Positions 17,896 to 24,430 of a stretch of DNA of 24,430 nt are shown here, piece after piece. Position 1 is the stretch's first letter. Every line of letters begins with the position of its first letter. Made by a program: the position numbers and the translations under genes. Location: IMG/VR virus record IMGVR_UViG_3300008007_000061, positions 1 to 24,430 of that record. One strand, written 5' to 3'. Source of the DNA: a virus. Lineage: Duplodnaviria > Caudoviricetes. The notes beneath the pieces were generated by a model. It did not search any database. It was not told the DNA's origin and was given only the letters and a program-made list of their open reading frames with translations.

Positions 17896-18066
17896 GCTTG
17901 TAGGATAGATTATTTCAGCGTAGCAATTTTTGGCCATACATAGCATCCGATCATAATCAAAACCGCATCCATAAATTGGGAACATGCGTTTACCGCATAA
18001 ATCACATAGAATATGACTATTGCAGGCCAGTGAAAACTGTGTAATTTGGGAAGCATCTTTTTCCAT
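17869..18066 (-). CDS. Small Cys-rich hypothetical protein
   Basis: CDLCG...CGF...CMAKNC; ATGA overlap with the DUF3310 gene; start 18066 or 18072. Confidence 0.55.
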   Translation of the reverse strand: MEKDASQITQFSLACNSHILCDLCGKRMFPIYGCGFDYDRMLCMAKNCYAEIIYPTSTLPEKEVA

Positions 18067-18086
18067 TCCCACACCTTTCTTATTTA

Positions 18087-18110
18087 TTCTACTTATCAGT
18101 AATGTTGTGC
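18087..18110 (+). other. attC right-half/attI-like recombination site, copy 1
   Basis: ACTTATC-AGTAAT-GTTGTGC matches L'-6bp-R' spacing; 20 bp identical to 18998-19017, with identity ending exactly at GTT. Confidence 0.5.
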
Positions 18111-18141
18111 CGAAACCCCGCTTTTGCCCGCGGGTACAAAC

Positions 18142-18167
18142 AAAAAAAGCCCACTTAAATGGGGGCT
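18142..18167 (-). terminator. Probable rho-independent terminator
   Basis: AGCCCCCATTTAAGTGGGC-TTTTTTT after the 18175 stop. Confidence 0.55.
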
Positions 18168-18174
18168 AAGGGAA

Positions 18175-18474
18175 TCAAAGGTATGCACGTAGCGCCTTCA
18201 AGAGCAGCTCTCGAAGTGACGACCCCTCGTCAACGGCCTTGTGTTTTGCTTGAGTCCAGAGGTCTTCCGGGATGTCGCGCAACAGGTAGTTTCCCGCCGA
18301 GTGGGTTTCGCGGGAAAGTCGCCTCGCAATCTCCGTGGCGCTTACCTGTTTGCCCTCTGCCCGCAGGGCGTCAATCTCAATTTGCACATCCTCGGCGCAG
18401 GGTGCGCAGAGCAGCGCCCCGCCAATACCACGGCCACCTTTCAGGGGTTTTCCGCATGCGTCGCAATCTCTCAT
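18175..18474 (-). CDS. Zinc finger plus ribbon-helix-helix (Arc/CopG-like) protein, 99 aa
   Basis: RBS AAAGGAG, ATG 18474; CDAC..CAPC; C-terminal NYLLRDIPEDLWTQAKHKAVDEGSSLRELLLKALRAYL. Confidence 0.75.
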   Translation of the reverse strand: MRDCDACGKPLKGGRGIGGALLCAPCAEDVQIEIDALRAEGKQVSATEIARRLSRETHSAGNYLLRDIPEDLWTQAKHKAVDEGSSLRELLLKALRAYL

Positions 18475-18590
18475 GGTCGTCTCCTTTTTGTAATGTGGGG
18501 GGAGCACTCGACGCCAGCAAGGCGGAAAGCCTGAACCCAGAAGCCATACCCTCCTGTGTTTTTGGGTTAACTCCCCGTCTCTTGATTATA

Positions 18591-18618
18591 AGCATACTCT
18601 TGATAATCAAGATGTCAA
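18591..18618 (-). promoter_or_regulatory. Sigma70 promoter with an operator palindrome in the spacer
   Basis: TTGACA (18618-18613), 16 bp, TATGCT (18596-18591); spacer holds perfect TCTTGAT-n-ATCAAGA; extra half-site at 18580-18586. Confidence 0.7.
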
Positions 18619-18627
18619 CAGAAAAGA

Positions 18628-18834
18628 TCACAAATGAAGCAATCCGCCAGCTATTTTCCTGGCCTCATCGGCAAACCATTGCATACCGCGATGTTCAGCC
18701 ATGTCGGCTAGGATATGCAGCTGCCCCTTTGCCCAGGCATTAACCGTGTGCGAGTTCGCGGCAGTCACCCAGATAAAGTTCAGCTTGTCCAATCGTCTCT
18801 TTGTGCATATTGTTCCTGTCATACGGTGGCGATG
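18628..18834 (-). pseudogene. 3' remnant of an unknown gene fused to duplicated DNA
   Basis: The 5' part of track ORF 18628..18933 is made of repeat copies; only 18628-18834 is unique. Confidence 0.35.
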
Positions 18835-18924
18835 ATGTTTGATCCGTTCTAAAGCCAACCGCGTAAAATCTAAAACAGCTTCTGCTGCGCAGTCTCTCTT
18901 AGTATCCTGGCAAGCGCGGCCTCG
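18835..18924. repeat. 90-bp perfect direct repeat, copy 1 (copy 2 at 19706-19795)
   Basis: atgtttgatccgttctaaagcc...gcaagcgcggcctcg identical in both copies; includes the methyltransferase 3' end. Confidence 0.95.
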
Positions 18925-18929
18925 GCTTA

Positions 18930-18993
18930 GCATAATGATCTCCGCCTTCTTGTTGGTTCAGCACACTCATGCAACCTCTTTCTCCGGCAAGGT
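18930..18993 (-). pseudogene. Truncated second copy of the DUF3310 gene start
   Basis: MSVLNQQEGGDHYAK then runs into the 90-bp repeat and stops. Confidence 0.75.
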
Positions 18994-18997
18994 TTTT

Positions 18998-19021
18998 TTC
19001 TACTTATCAGTAATGTTAAGG
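18998..19021 (+). other. attC right-half/attI-like recombination site, copy 2
   Basis: ACTTATC-AGTAAT-GTTAAGG; the HTH gene stop codon lies within the GTTA. Confidence 0.55.
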
Positions 19022-19213
19022 TGATTCGAGCCGTTTCAGCTTGGCGTAGAGTTCGACCCAGGCAAAAGCAATCGCCCTCGGTGGTCTGCCGTTCGGCCCG
19101 TCATCCTCCCACGTCTGCCAAGTGCGGTAGGGTGTCCCCGTCAACCTGGCGGCTTCTGCCATCGAGAGGCCCGACTTCTGCCGGGCCTCTCTCAGTTCCT
19201 GTTGGCGGGTCAT
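19016..19213 (-). CDS. XRE/Cro-type helix-turn-helix protein, 65 aa
   Basis: LREARQKSGLSMAEAARLTGTPYRTWQTWE; ATGA overlap with the upstream gene. Confidence 0.85.
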   Translation of the reverse strand: MTRQQELREARQKSGLSMAEAARLTGTPYRTWQTWEDDGPNGRPPRAIAFAWVELYAKLKRLESP

Positions 19214-19461
19214 TCCGTCTCTTCCCACTGAAGGTCCCAAGGTCCCCGCCCCCAGCTCAACCCGATAGCCTCTTCAACATCTTCCATCGTTTTTTGATGG
19301 GCGATGGCCGGATCTTCAATTTCTCCGTCCGGCAGTTCGACGCGGATGACGTAGGCTTGCCCGCCGTCCTCGTAATAGTCGCTGTTTTCCAGTTCAGCGA
19401 AAATCTTTCCCCGACCTTCCGTGCCGTCCAGTTCGATGGTGACAATGATTTTCTTTTCCAT
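19210..19461 (-). CDS. Acidic hypothetical protein, 83 aa
   Basis: RBS AGGAGG, first gene after a consensus promoter. Confidence 0.75.
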   Translation of the reverse strand: MEKKIIVTIELDGTEGRGKIFAELENSDYYEDGGQAYVIRVELPDGEIEDPAIAHQKTMEDVEEAIGLSWGRGPWDLQWEETE

Positions 19462-19508
19462 GATGTTCCTCCTGGTTTTGGGTTAGTTTCTCCGCCCTCT
19501 TGATTCTG

Positions 19509-19559
19509 ATTATACGCGCATTGTGCGTTGTGTCAACAATAAAAATGCACATTGCGCGT
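19509..19559 (-). promoter_or_regulatory. Consensus sigma70 promoter with two quasi-palindromic operators
   Basis: TTGACA (19536-19531), 16 bp, TATAAT (19514-19509); acgcgcattgtgcgtt (19514-19529) and an inverted copy at 19544-19559 (14/16 match). Confidence 0.8.
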
Positions 19560-19583
19560 TTTTTTAAGGGCGGTGCAAAATTA

Positions 19584-19651
19584 CCCTAACCAGGCGGTCA
19601 AGCGGATCGGCGCGAAAGGCCGCGCCTCACCGCTTACCTTGATCGTTAGCC
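19584..19651 (+). other. Integron attC site (68 bp)
   Basis: R'' CCCTAAC, 5 bp, L'' GGTCAAGC, central stem (GGCGCG..CGCGCC), L' GCTTACC, 6 bp, R' GTTAGCC; L'' equals the complement of L' plus one extra base. Confidence 0.8.
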
Positions 19652-19705
19652 CTTATCACCAGCAATGAACTCATACTGCTCAAGAACCGTTCGCATCATC
19701 ATTGA

Positions 19706-19795
19706 ATGTTTGATCCGTTCTAAAGCCAACCGCGTAAAATCTAAAACAGCTTCTGCTGCGCAGTCTCTCTTAGTATCCTGGCAAGCGCGGCCTCG
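19706..19795. repeat. 90-bp perfect direct repeat, copy 2
   Basis: Identical to 18835-18924. Confidence 0.95.
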
Positions 19796-20382
19796 AAATA
19801 AGATTGTTCCCGCTCGATTCCGATGAAATCAAAACCAAATCTTTCTGCTGCAATCGCCGTTGATCCGCTCCCTAGAAAAGGATCCATGATTCTCCATCCC
19901 GGCTTTGCGTACTTTTCCAAAATCCATTCAAACAGCCGTACAGGTTTTTGTGTCGGGTGGATCCTCGCCTCTTTGTTCTTCATGTCCTGCTGCAGCATCC
20001 CATTCCAACGAAATTTAAACTTGCGTACCGCCGATGAGAAGCTACACCAAGCAAGTTCACAGTCGGCAAAATCATTTTCTCCATTGTCCTTATCCCACAC
20101 GATCTAACAGGGTGAATTTCTCAGGTGTTCAACAAAGTAATTTCCTCCAAAAATGACTTGATGCTGACTTATCCGCATGATCTCGCTGAAATACTCTGCG
20201 GTTGGTATTGCGTTGTCCCAATCCAAGCAACTATAATCCTTTGCTTTAGCCAGTTGGCCCCTTGACTTGTTCTTTCCTGAAGCCTCGCCAATACCATACG
20301 GCGGGTCAGTGATAATCAAATCAATAGACTTGTCAACCATGAGGCGCATAACGTTCAGGCAATCATCATTGTAAAGTTGCAT
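19741..20382 (-). pseudogene. Beta-class N6-adenine/N4-cytosine DNA methyltransferase interrupted by one in-frame TAG (20106-20104)
   Basis: TDPPYG ... RNSPC*IVWDK ... HPTQKP ... DPFLGSGST; both halves are in frame and the stop sits where TGG (Trp) would be expected. Confidence 0.85.
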
Positions 20383-20392
20383 CTTATTTCCT

Positions 20393-20567
20393 TTACGTAA
20401 ATAATTCTTTCAGGCGGTCTATGACATTTTTATAACTTCCGTATCCTATGCCATATTTATTCGCTATGCCCAAACTGACGACTATTCCAATACTGTTGAC
20501 TATCCTCGTACTGTCTGCTATGCCCAAACTGACGACTATTCTCAAACTGATGGCTATTCCCATACTT
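20393..20567 (-). pseudogene. Relic paralogue of the hexapeptide-repeat gene
   Basis: GNSHQF ENSRQF GHSRQY EDSQQY WNSRQF GHS, then in a shifted frame NKYGIGYGSYKNVIDRLKE (compare EKYGDSCESYNRVIQLLKE). Confidence 0.8.
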
Positions 20568-20795
20568 TTAAAACAACTCTTCTTTCCTCAGCATGAGGCT
20601 CTTCCTGCCAAATTTGGGGTAAATCACATTGTCAGCCAGAATTAAATAAGCGCTGAGCTTTCCCGGCTCATCAAAGCGCTTAACGATTTTACCCTCCAGC
20701 CACACATACGATCTAGTTACGTTGTCCCATGCTTGGAATCCAACGATCTCGCCGATTTTCACCGGCGGGTCTAAAATCTCGTGCTCCATTGCCAT
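20568..20795 (-). CDS. Hypothetical protein, about 73-75 aa
   Basis: RBS AGGAG; start 20795 or 20789. Confidence 0.6.
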   Translation of the reverse strand: MAMEHEILDPPVKIGEIVGFQAWDNVTRSYVWLEGKIVKRFDEPGKLSAYLILADNVIYPKFGRKSLMLRKEELF

Positions 20796-20820
20796 CTCCT
20801 GTTAGGTGCTAACCAGTCAA

Positions 20821-21171
20821 TCAACCATTTTTTTTTGGTGGCCGGCCAGGGTAACAAACCAGCTCGGCCAGATAGTAATTTCGTGAGTGGTTTTTGATTT
20901 TAATCGCGGCGATTAGGCGATCTGGCTGGGGCAAGTTGGGTTTTTTTTCAAGCATGCGACACAGGGTTTCGATGGCGTGATAAACGTCCATGATTTCGCA
21001 AAGGATCTGCGTGAAGGCCCGGTCGATTTCGCCGTTTGTGCTGTCGTCGGGCAGGCTAGCGTAATCGGTCAGGGCTTCGAGAACTTCATCAAATTCGCTG
21101 GTGATGTGGTAGATTTGTTGAGAAATGGTATTTTTCCCAGCAAAAATGGTTGGCGGAAAATTGTAAATCAT
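20821..21171 (-). CDS. MazG-like nucleotide pyrophosphohydrolase-fold protein, 116 aa
   Basis: SEFDEV.EA ... EIMDV ... KNHSRNYY acidic motif spacing. Confidence 0.5.
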   Translation of the reverse strand: MIYNFPPTIFAGKNTISQQIYHITSEFDEVLEALTDYASLPDDSTNGEIDRAFTQILCEIMDVYHAIETLCRMLEKKPNLPQPDRLIAAIKIKNHSRNYYLAELVCYPGRPPKKNG

Positions 21172-21257
21172 GTGCAGGCCTCGCGTTTAGGGTGGATGAT
21201 GTTTTCGCGCTTTACGGTTCCTGGCCGGGTTTCGGGCGCGACGGGATCTATTTTTGT

Positions 21258-21350
21258 CTAGCCGCACATGGCGCAGGTGTTGTGCCATTCAAAAAGTTTT
21301 CCTGCGAGTATTCCTCCTCCAGCGCCTGCGAAAAGAGCCAACTCATTCAC
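21258..21350 (-). pseudogene. N-terminal 30-codon fragment of a C5-cytosine DNA methyltransferase
   Basis: RBS GGAGGA, GTG start, (M)NELALFAGAGGGILAGKLFEWHNTCA then an early stop; motif I FAGxGG. Confidence 0.75.
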
Positions 21351-21453
21351 TTAATTCCTCCAGGGATTCGATGGTGGCGGTGGTCTGCGCTGGCGGCCAG
21401 GTGCAACTGATGATGACCCAGGCAAGAATGAGGGCTGCGATGGTGCGGGTCAT
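21343..21453 (-). CDS. Small membrane/signal-peptide protein, 36 aa
   Basis: ATGA overlap; MTRTIAALILAWVIISCTWPPAQ... Confidence 0.4.
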   Translation of the reverse strand: MTRTIAALILAWVIISCTWPPAQTTATIESLEELSE

Positions 21454-21788
21454 ATTATCTCCACGGTTTCGAGGTTACTTCCTTCAAAGATTCGTGAAAC
21501 TAAATCAACCCCAGGGATCTGTTGTGCTAAAAGCTCTGGGTAAAGTTCTTGCAGGCGGATGATGGCCTGCTGGAAGCTGGCGGTTTTCCCTTTTTTTTGC
21601 ATGCGCTCGATCCAGTGTGGTGTTCCACACAGATAACAGTGGATATTGTTGACTTCGATTTCGGCGACGATTTCTTTGCCGTGGCAGCTGTCAAAAAACT
21701 GCTGCATAGTTTTTCCGGCCAGATCAGCGGTGGTGACGGGTATCCATTCGCCGCTGACGGTGCGTTTTTTCGCCGAAAACTTGATCAT
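21450..21788 (-). CDS. Hypothetical protein, 112 aa
   Basis: ORF in the coupled operon downstream of the helicase. Confidence 0.65.
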   Translation of the reverse strand: MIKFSAKKRTVSGEWIPVTTADLAGKTMQQFFDSCHGKEIVAEIEVNNIHCYLCGTPHWIERMQKKGKTASFQQAIIRLQELYPELLAQQIPGVDLVSRIFEGSNLETVEII

Positions 21789-21918
21789 TTTTTAGCGTTC
21801 CTGTGGCTTCTGGGTTTGGACAGTTTTCCAACCCATCGCTAAAGGCCATGCATCCGCGTTTTTTGTGATAGGCGCAGCACTGATGGCAGTGTTTTTTATC
21901 GACATTGTTTTTGTGCAT
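21724..21918 (-). CDS. Small Cys-rich hypothetical protein
   Basis: TAATG coupling; CHQCC..C..C; overlaps the next gene by 65 nt, so the end is uncertain. Confidence 0.35.
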   Translation of the reverse strand: MHKNNVDKKHCHQCCAYHKKRGCMAFSDGLENCPNPEATGTLKNDQVFGEKTHRQRRMDTRHHR

Positions 21919-22169
21919 TAGCAATTATTTTTTTTGTATTTAATGCGTATTCCGATATCACCAGGTACACCATGTGTTGTCGCAAGGAACTGCGCGTGTT
22001 TTTCTCCTTCTTGAAGATAAATTTCTGGTAAAACGTAGAATCTTAGAACCTTCATTAACCGCCAATAGGTGCCTCCAGCCTGCCAATTCCCCCCGTTTGC
22101 GTTTTTCTGCTCATTGATAATGCGGTTTAACGCCTCCGATATAAGCTGAATGGCTTCGTCTCGTGTCAT
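21918..22169 (-). CDS. Hypothetical protein, 83 aa
   Basis: RBS AAGGGA then ATG 22169 just after the helicase stop. Confidence 0.6.
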   Translation of the reverse strand: MTRDEAIQLISEALNRIINEQKNANGGNWQAGGTYWRLMKVLRFYVLPEIYLQEGEKHAQFLATTHGVPGDIGIRIKYKKNNC

Positions 22170-22182
22170 ATCAATTCCCTTT

Positions 22183-23553
22183 TTAATACGGCTCACAATC
22201 AAAAACCGCTGAGTTGCGTAGCTCTCGGGCTTTTCGGTTTTTGTTGCGTTCAACGTTTTTTGCGCAAATTTCGTTATAGGGCTCAAGTGATCGAAATTTT
22301 AGGTGTTTGAGCTCTACTTGAGCGATGAATTTATAGTTTGCATCGCCGCTGCGGTTTTTAAGCAGGTCAATGATGATATCTTTTTGTTCGTTCCGCACCA
22401 GGCTGAGCATATAGTCAGCGCTGGCTTCAATGGCCCCGCTGCCCTTGGCGCTGGTCATGTCAACTTTCCCGTCGCGGGCGCTGGCGCGGTTGATTTGGGT
22501 GAGGATGACAACGGGCAGTTTCAGCCGCTTGGCGAGGTTTTTTGATTGTTCGGCGCAATAACTGATGCGTTCGTATTCGCTTTTTGCACCGGTGGCGCTC
22601 ATTAGACCTAAATAGTCGATGCCGATAACTCCGATATTACCGTGTTCGGCACGGGCAACGCGGGCGTAGTGTTCGACTTGCTCGATCGTGAGGGCTGGTT
22701 TTTGACAGATGAGCATATTTGCGTATCCAAGGCGGTCGAGTTCTGACAGGGTTTGTTCTTGATAGCCGGGTTTTGTTCCGGCATAGCCGCTTTCAATATA
22801 ATAGGTCGCCTGCTCCAGGCCGATTTGCACGGTGCGTTGATAAACGAGGTTTGCGGGCATTTCCATACTGTAAAACAGGCTTTTTTTTCCGGTTTTTTTG
22901 GCGCTGTTCATCAAAATATTTTGCATAAACGCGCTTTTGAATGTGCCGCTAAAGCCCATGATCATCATGACTTCGCCTGGGGCAACGCCGCCGAGCAGCA
23001 CGTCGAGTTCGGGGTATCCGGTCTGAAAGCATTGTTCGGCCTTGCTTGCAATGAATTGCTGATAATCGGCGGCCATATCGCCGGTGGTAAGCCAGATTTT
23101 CTCAGCGTTGTTTTCTTGGCCGATGGCCTGGAGTAGGCCAAAGGCTTCGCTGATGAGCTGGTTCATATCACTGCTTTCGGCGGCGGCGGCCTGGATTGCT
23201 TTGCCCGCGGCGATGACTTGACGCTTAACACTGTTTTCGGTGACGATATTGGCGTAGTAGCGGATATTTTCTGCGGTTGGGGTGTAGTCGACGAGCTCGC
23301 ACAGTAAATCTTTACCCCCGCTTTTTTCAAAATCTCCGTTTTTGCGCAGTTGGTCTGAGACGGTGACAATGTCTGGAGATATCCCGGCAGTGATGAGTTG
23401 TTGCAGGGCGCGGTAAATCCGCCGGTGTGCATCTATATAAAAATCACTAACTTGTATTCGCGTCAGTTTGTGGAAGCTGGTAGGGTCAAGCAAAATTGCG
23501 CCAAGGATTGATTTTTCGGCATCGATATTGTGGGGAGCTGATTTGGTGGTCAT
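22183..23553 (-). CDS. dnaB: Replicative DNA helicase, DnaB family (phage-encoded), 456 aa
   Basis: APHNIDAEKSILGAIL, TGYPELD, SMEM, IDYLGL, LTQINR, GSGAIEASAD, KNRSG. Confidence 0.92.
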   Translation of the reverse strand: MTTKSAPHNIDAEKSILGAILLDPTSFHKLTRIQVSDFYIDAHRRIYRALQQLITAGISPDIVTVSDQLRKNGDFEKSGGKDLLCELVDYTPTAENIRYYANIVTENSVKRQVIAAGKAIQAAAAESSDMNQLISEAFGLLQAIGQENNAEKIWLTTGDMAADYQQFIASKAEQCFQTGYPELDVLLGGVAPGEVMMIMGFSGTFKSAFMQNILMNSAKKTGKKSLFYSMEMPANLVYQRTVQIGLEQATYYIESGYAGTKPGYQEQTLSELDRLGYANMLICQKPALTIEQVEHYARVARAEHGNIGVIGIDYLGLMSATGAKSEYERISYCAEQSKNLAKRLKLPVVILTQINRASARDGKVDMTSAKGSGAIEASADYMLSLVRNEQKDIIIDLLKNRSGDANYKFIAQVELKHLKFRSLEPYNEICAKNVERNKNRKARELRNSAVFDCEPY

Positions 23554-23572
23554 TTTCTTACCGTCCTACCTC

Positions 23573-24001
23573 TTAAAAAGGGATATCATCAGCGGCGAAA
23601 GGGCTGTCTGGATTGTCGAATTTTTGCTGGTTCGGATTGCTTTTTGATGGTGCTGGTTCAGGTGGGTTTGTTCTTTTGCTCCCGAGCATAGTCATTTGTT
23701 CTGCGACGATTTCGGTGATGTAGCGGCGATTTCCCTCGCGATCATCGTAAGTTCGAGTTTGAATGCGGCCTTCAAGATACACCTGCTTTCCCTTGTGTAG
23801 GTATTTTGTGCAGATTTCTGCAAGTTTTCCCCAGGTGACGATATTGTGCCATTCGGTTCGTTCTTGCTGCTGTCCGTCGCGGTCTTTGTATTTCTGGCTG
23901 GTGGCAACGCTAAATGTTGTGACGGCGGTGCCGTTGTTTGTGTACCGCGGTTCTGGATCTTTGCCGAGGTGTCCGATGATGATGGCTTTGTTGATGCTCA
24001 T
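23573..24001 (-). CDS. ssb: Single-stranded DNA-binding protein, 142 aa
   Basis: INKAIIIGHLGKDPE, TEWHNI, KGKQVYLEGRIQTR, C-terminal DDIPF; ATGA overlap at 24001. Confidence 0.95.
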   Translation of the reverse strand: MSINKAIIIGHLGKDPEPRYTNNGTAVTTFSVATSQKYKDRDGQQQERTEWHNIVTWGKLAEICTKYLHKGKQVYLEGRIQTRTYDDREGNRRYITEIVAEQMTMLGSKRTNPPEPAPSKSNPNQQKFDNPDSPFAADDIPF

Positions 24002-24430
24002 TGTGTTCCCCATGGTTGGTGGCTGATGAGTTTTGTTCCGGTTTTTGGCAGCAGTCCAGCTTTGATGTATTTGTCAACGGTGGCGTCATCGAGATGTGAG
24101 ACTTCGTTGATTTGGCAGAGCAGCCCGCCAATTGTCGGCGATCCGCGTGGGAATCGCTGTTGTGGAGACAGGCTCAAATAGACGCAGCTGCGGGCGACGA
24201 TTTCACCCAGGCCGAGCAGGTCAAGCAGCTGTTTGACCTGTCCGGCGTCTTTTTTGGTGAATGCGTATTTTTCACCGATGATCTGCTGGTAAGCGTGGCA
24301 CCACCAGCGGACAAACCAGCTGTGGGTGAGTGCTTTTTGTTTTTTAAGATCTGGGCGCGGCGACGGCGCTGAAAGCGTCGGCAGTGTTTTGGTTCTATGA
24401 TGGTTCTTATACACCGGAACTGTGGTTCCG
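23998..24430 (-). CDS. C-terminal part of a probable phage replication initiator (truncated by window edge)
   Basis: Frame is open to the window edge; lies upstream of ssb and dnaB; repeated GAACCA elements. Confidence 0.45.
   Translation of the reverse strand, partial: GTTVPVYKNHHRTKTLPTLSAPSPRPDLKKQKALTHSWFVRWWCHAYQQIIGEKYAFTKKDAGQVKQLLDLLGLGEIVARSCVYLSLSPQQRFPRGSPTIGGLLCQINEVSHLDDATVDKYIKAGLLPKTGTKLISHQPWGTQ

Larger units (their letters stand above)
19016..19645 (+). mobile_element. Putative integron-type gene cassette (630 bp) with genes antisense to its attC
   Basis: Starts at G|TTAAGG, ends at the G|TT of the attC; GTTAAGG matches the complement of R'' CCCTAAC at 6/7; carries its own promoter and two coupled genes. 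Confidence 0.6.

Noticed and set aside
18377-18631. 84-aa ORF across the promoter
   Set aside because: The 5' part spans promoter and operator and the 3' part overlaps the RHH gene. An RBS-ATG at 18547 suggests only the stump of a deleted first gene.
9883-20106. Stop-codon reassignment or Sec/Pyl decoding to explain the in-frame TGA, TAA and TAG
   Set aside because: Three different codons, each seen once; all three are normal stops elsewhere; no suppressor tRNA or convincing SECIS seen.
16914-20567. Diversity-generating retroelement (relic repeats as template, intact gene as target)
   Set aside because: No reverse transcriptase in the window, no colinear near-identical TR/VR pair, and differences are not visibly adenine-specific.
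21249-21346. ORF MSWLFSQALEEEY...
   Set aside because: Alternative frame of the C5-methyltransferase N-terminal stub.

Overview
The window is a 24.4-kb slice of a long-tailed (siphovirus-like) phage or prophage with a lambda-type head module. Essentially all real genes are on the minus strand. In transcription order (right to left): a replication module (initiator-like C-terminus, ssb, DnaB-type helicase); an AT-richer, heavily rearranged accessory region (about 15.9-22.2 kb); putative small and gpA-type large terminase; a ~4-kb insert between terminase and gpW (HTH, PLD-like nuclease broken by one stop, ParB-like protein, SAM-methyltransferase-like protein, radical SAM enzyme, regulator cassette); gpW, portal, protease-capsid fusion, DUF2190; a holin-like/SLT lysis pair; head-tail and tail genes; a tail chaperone with the lambda GGGAAAG -1 frameshift; and the start of the tape measure gene. 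The most unexpected signal is a complete integron-type attC site (19584-19651) oriented opposite to the phage genes, plus attC half-site-like sequences ending exactly at GTT. These bound small promoter-plus-DNA-binding-protein units that share one promoter scaffold but carry different operator palindromes. This suggests integron-like cassette shuffling in a phage accessory region, although no integrase is in the window. Also notable are a Ser/Gln-core hexapeptide-repeat protein with a relic second copy, a candidate packaging-linked DNA-modification cluster, and many deletion relics and nonsense-broken genes. All family calls come from motif recognition by eye, not database searches.
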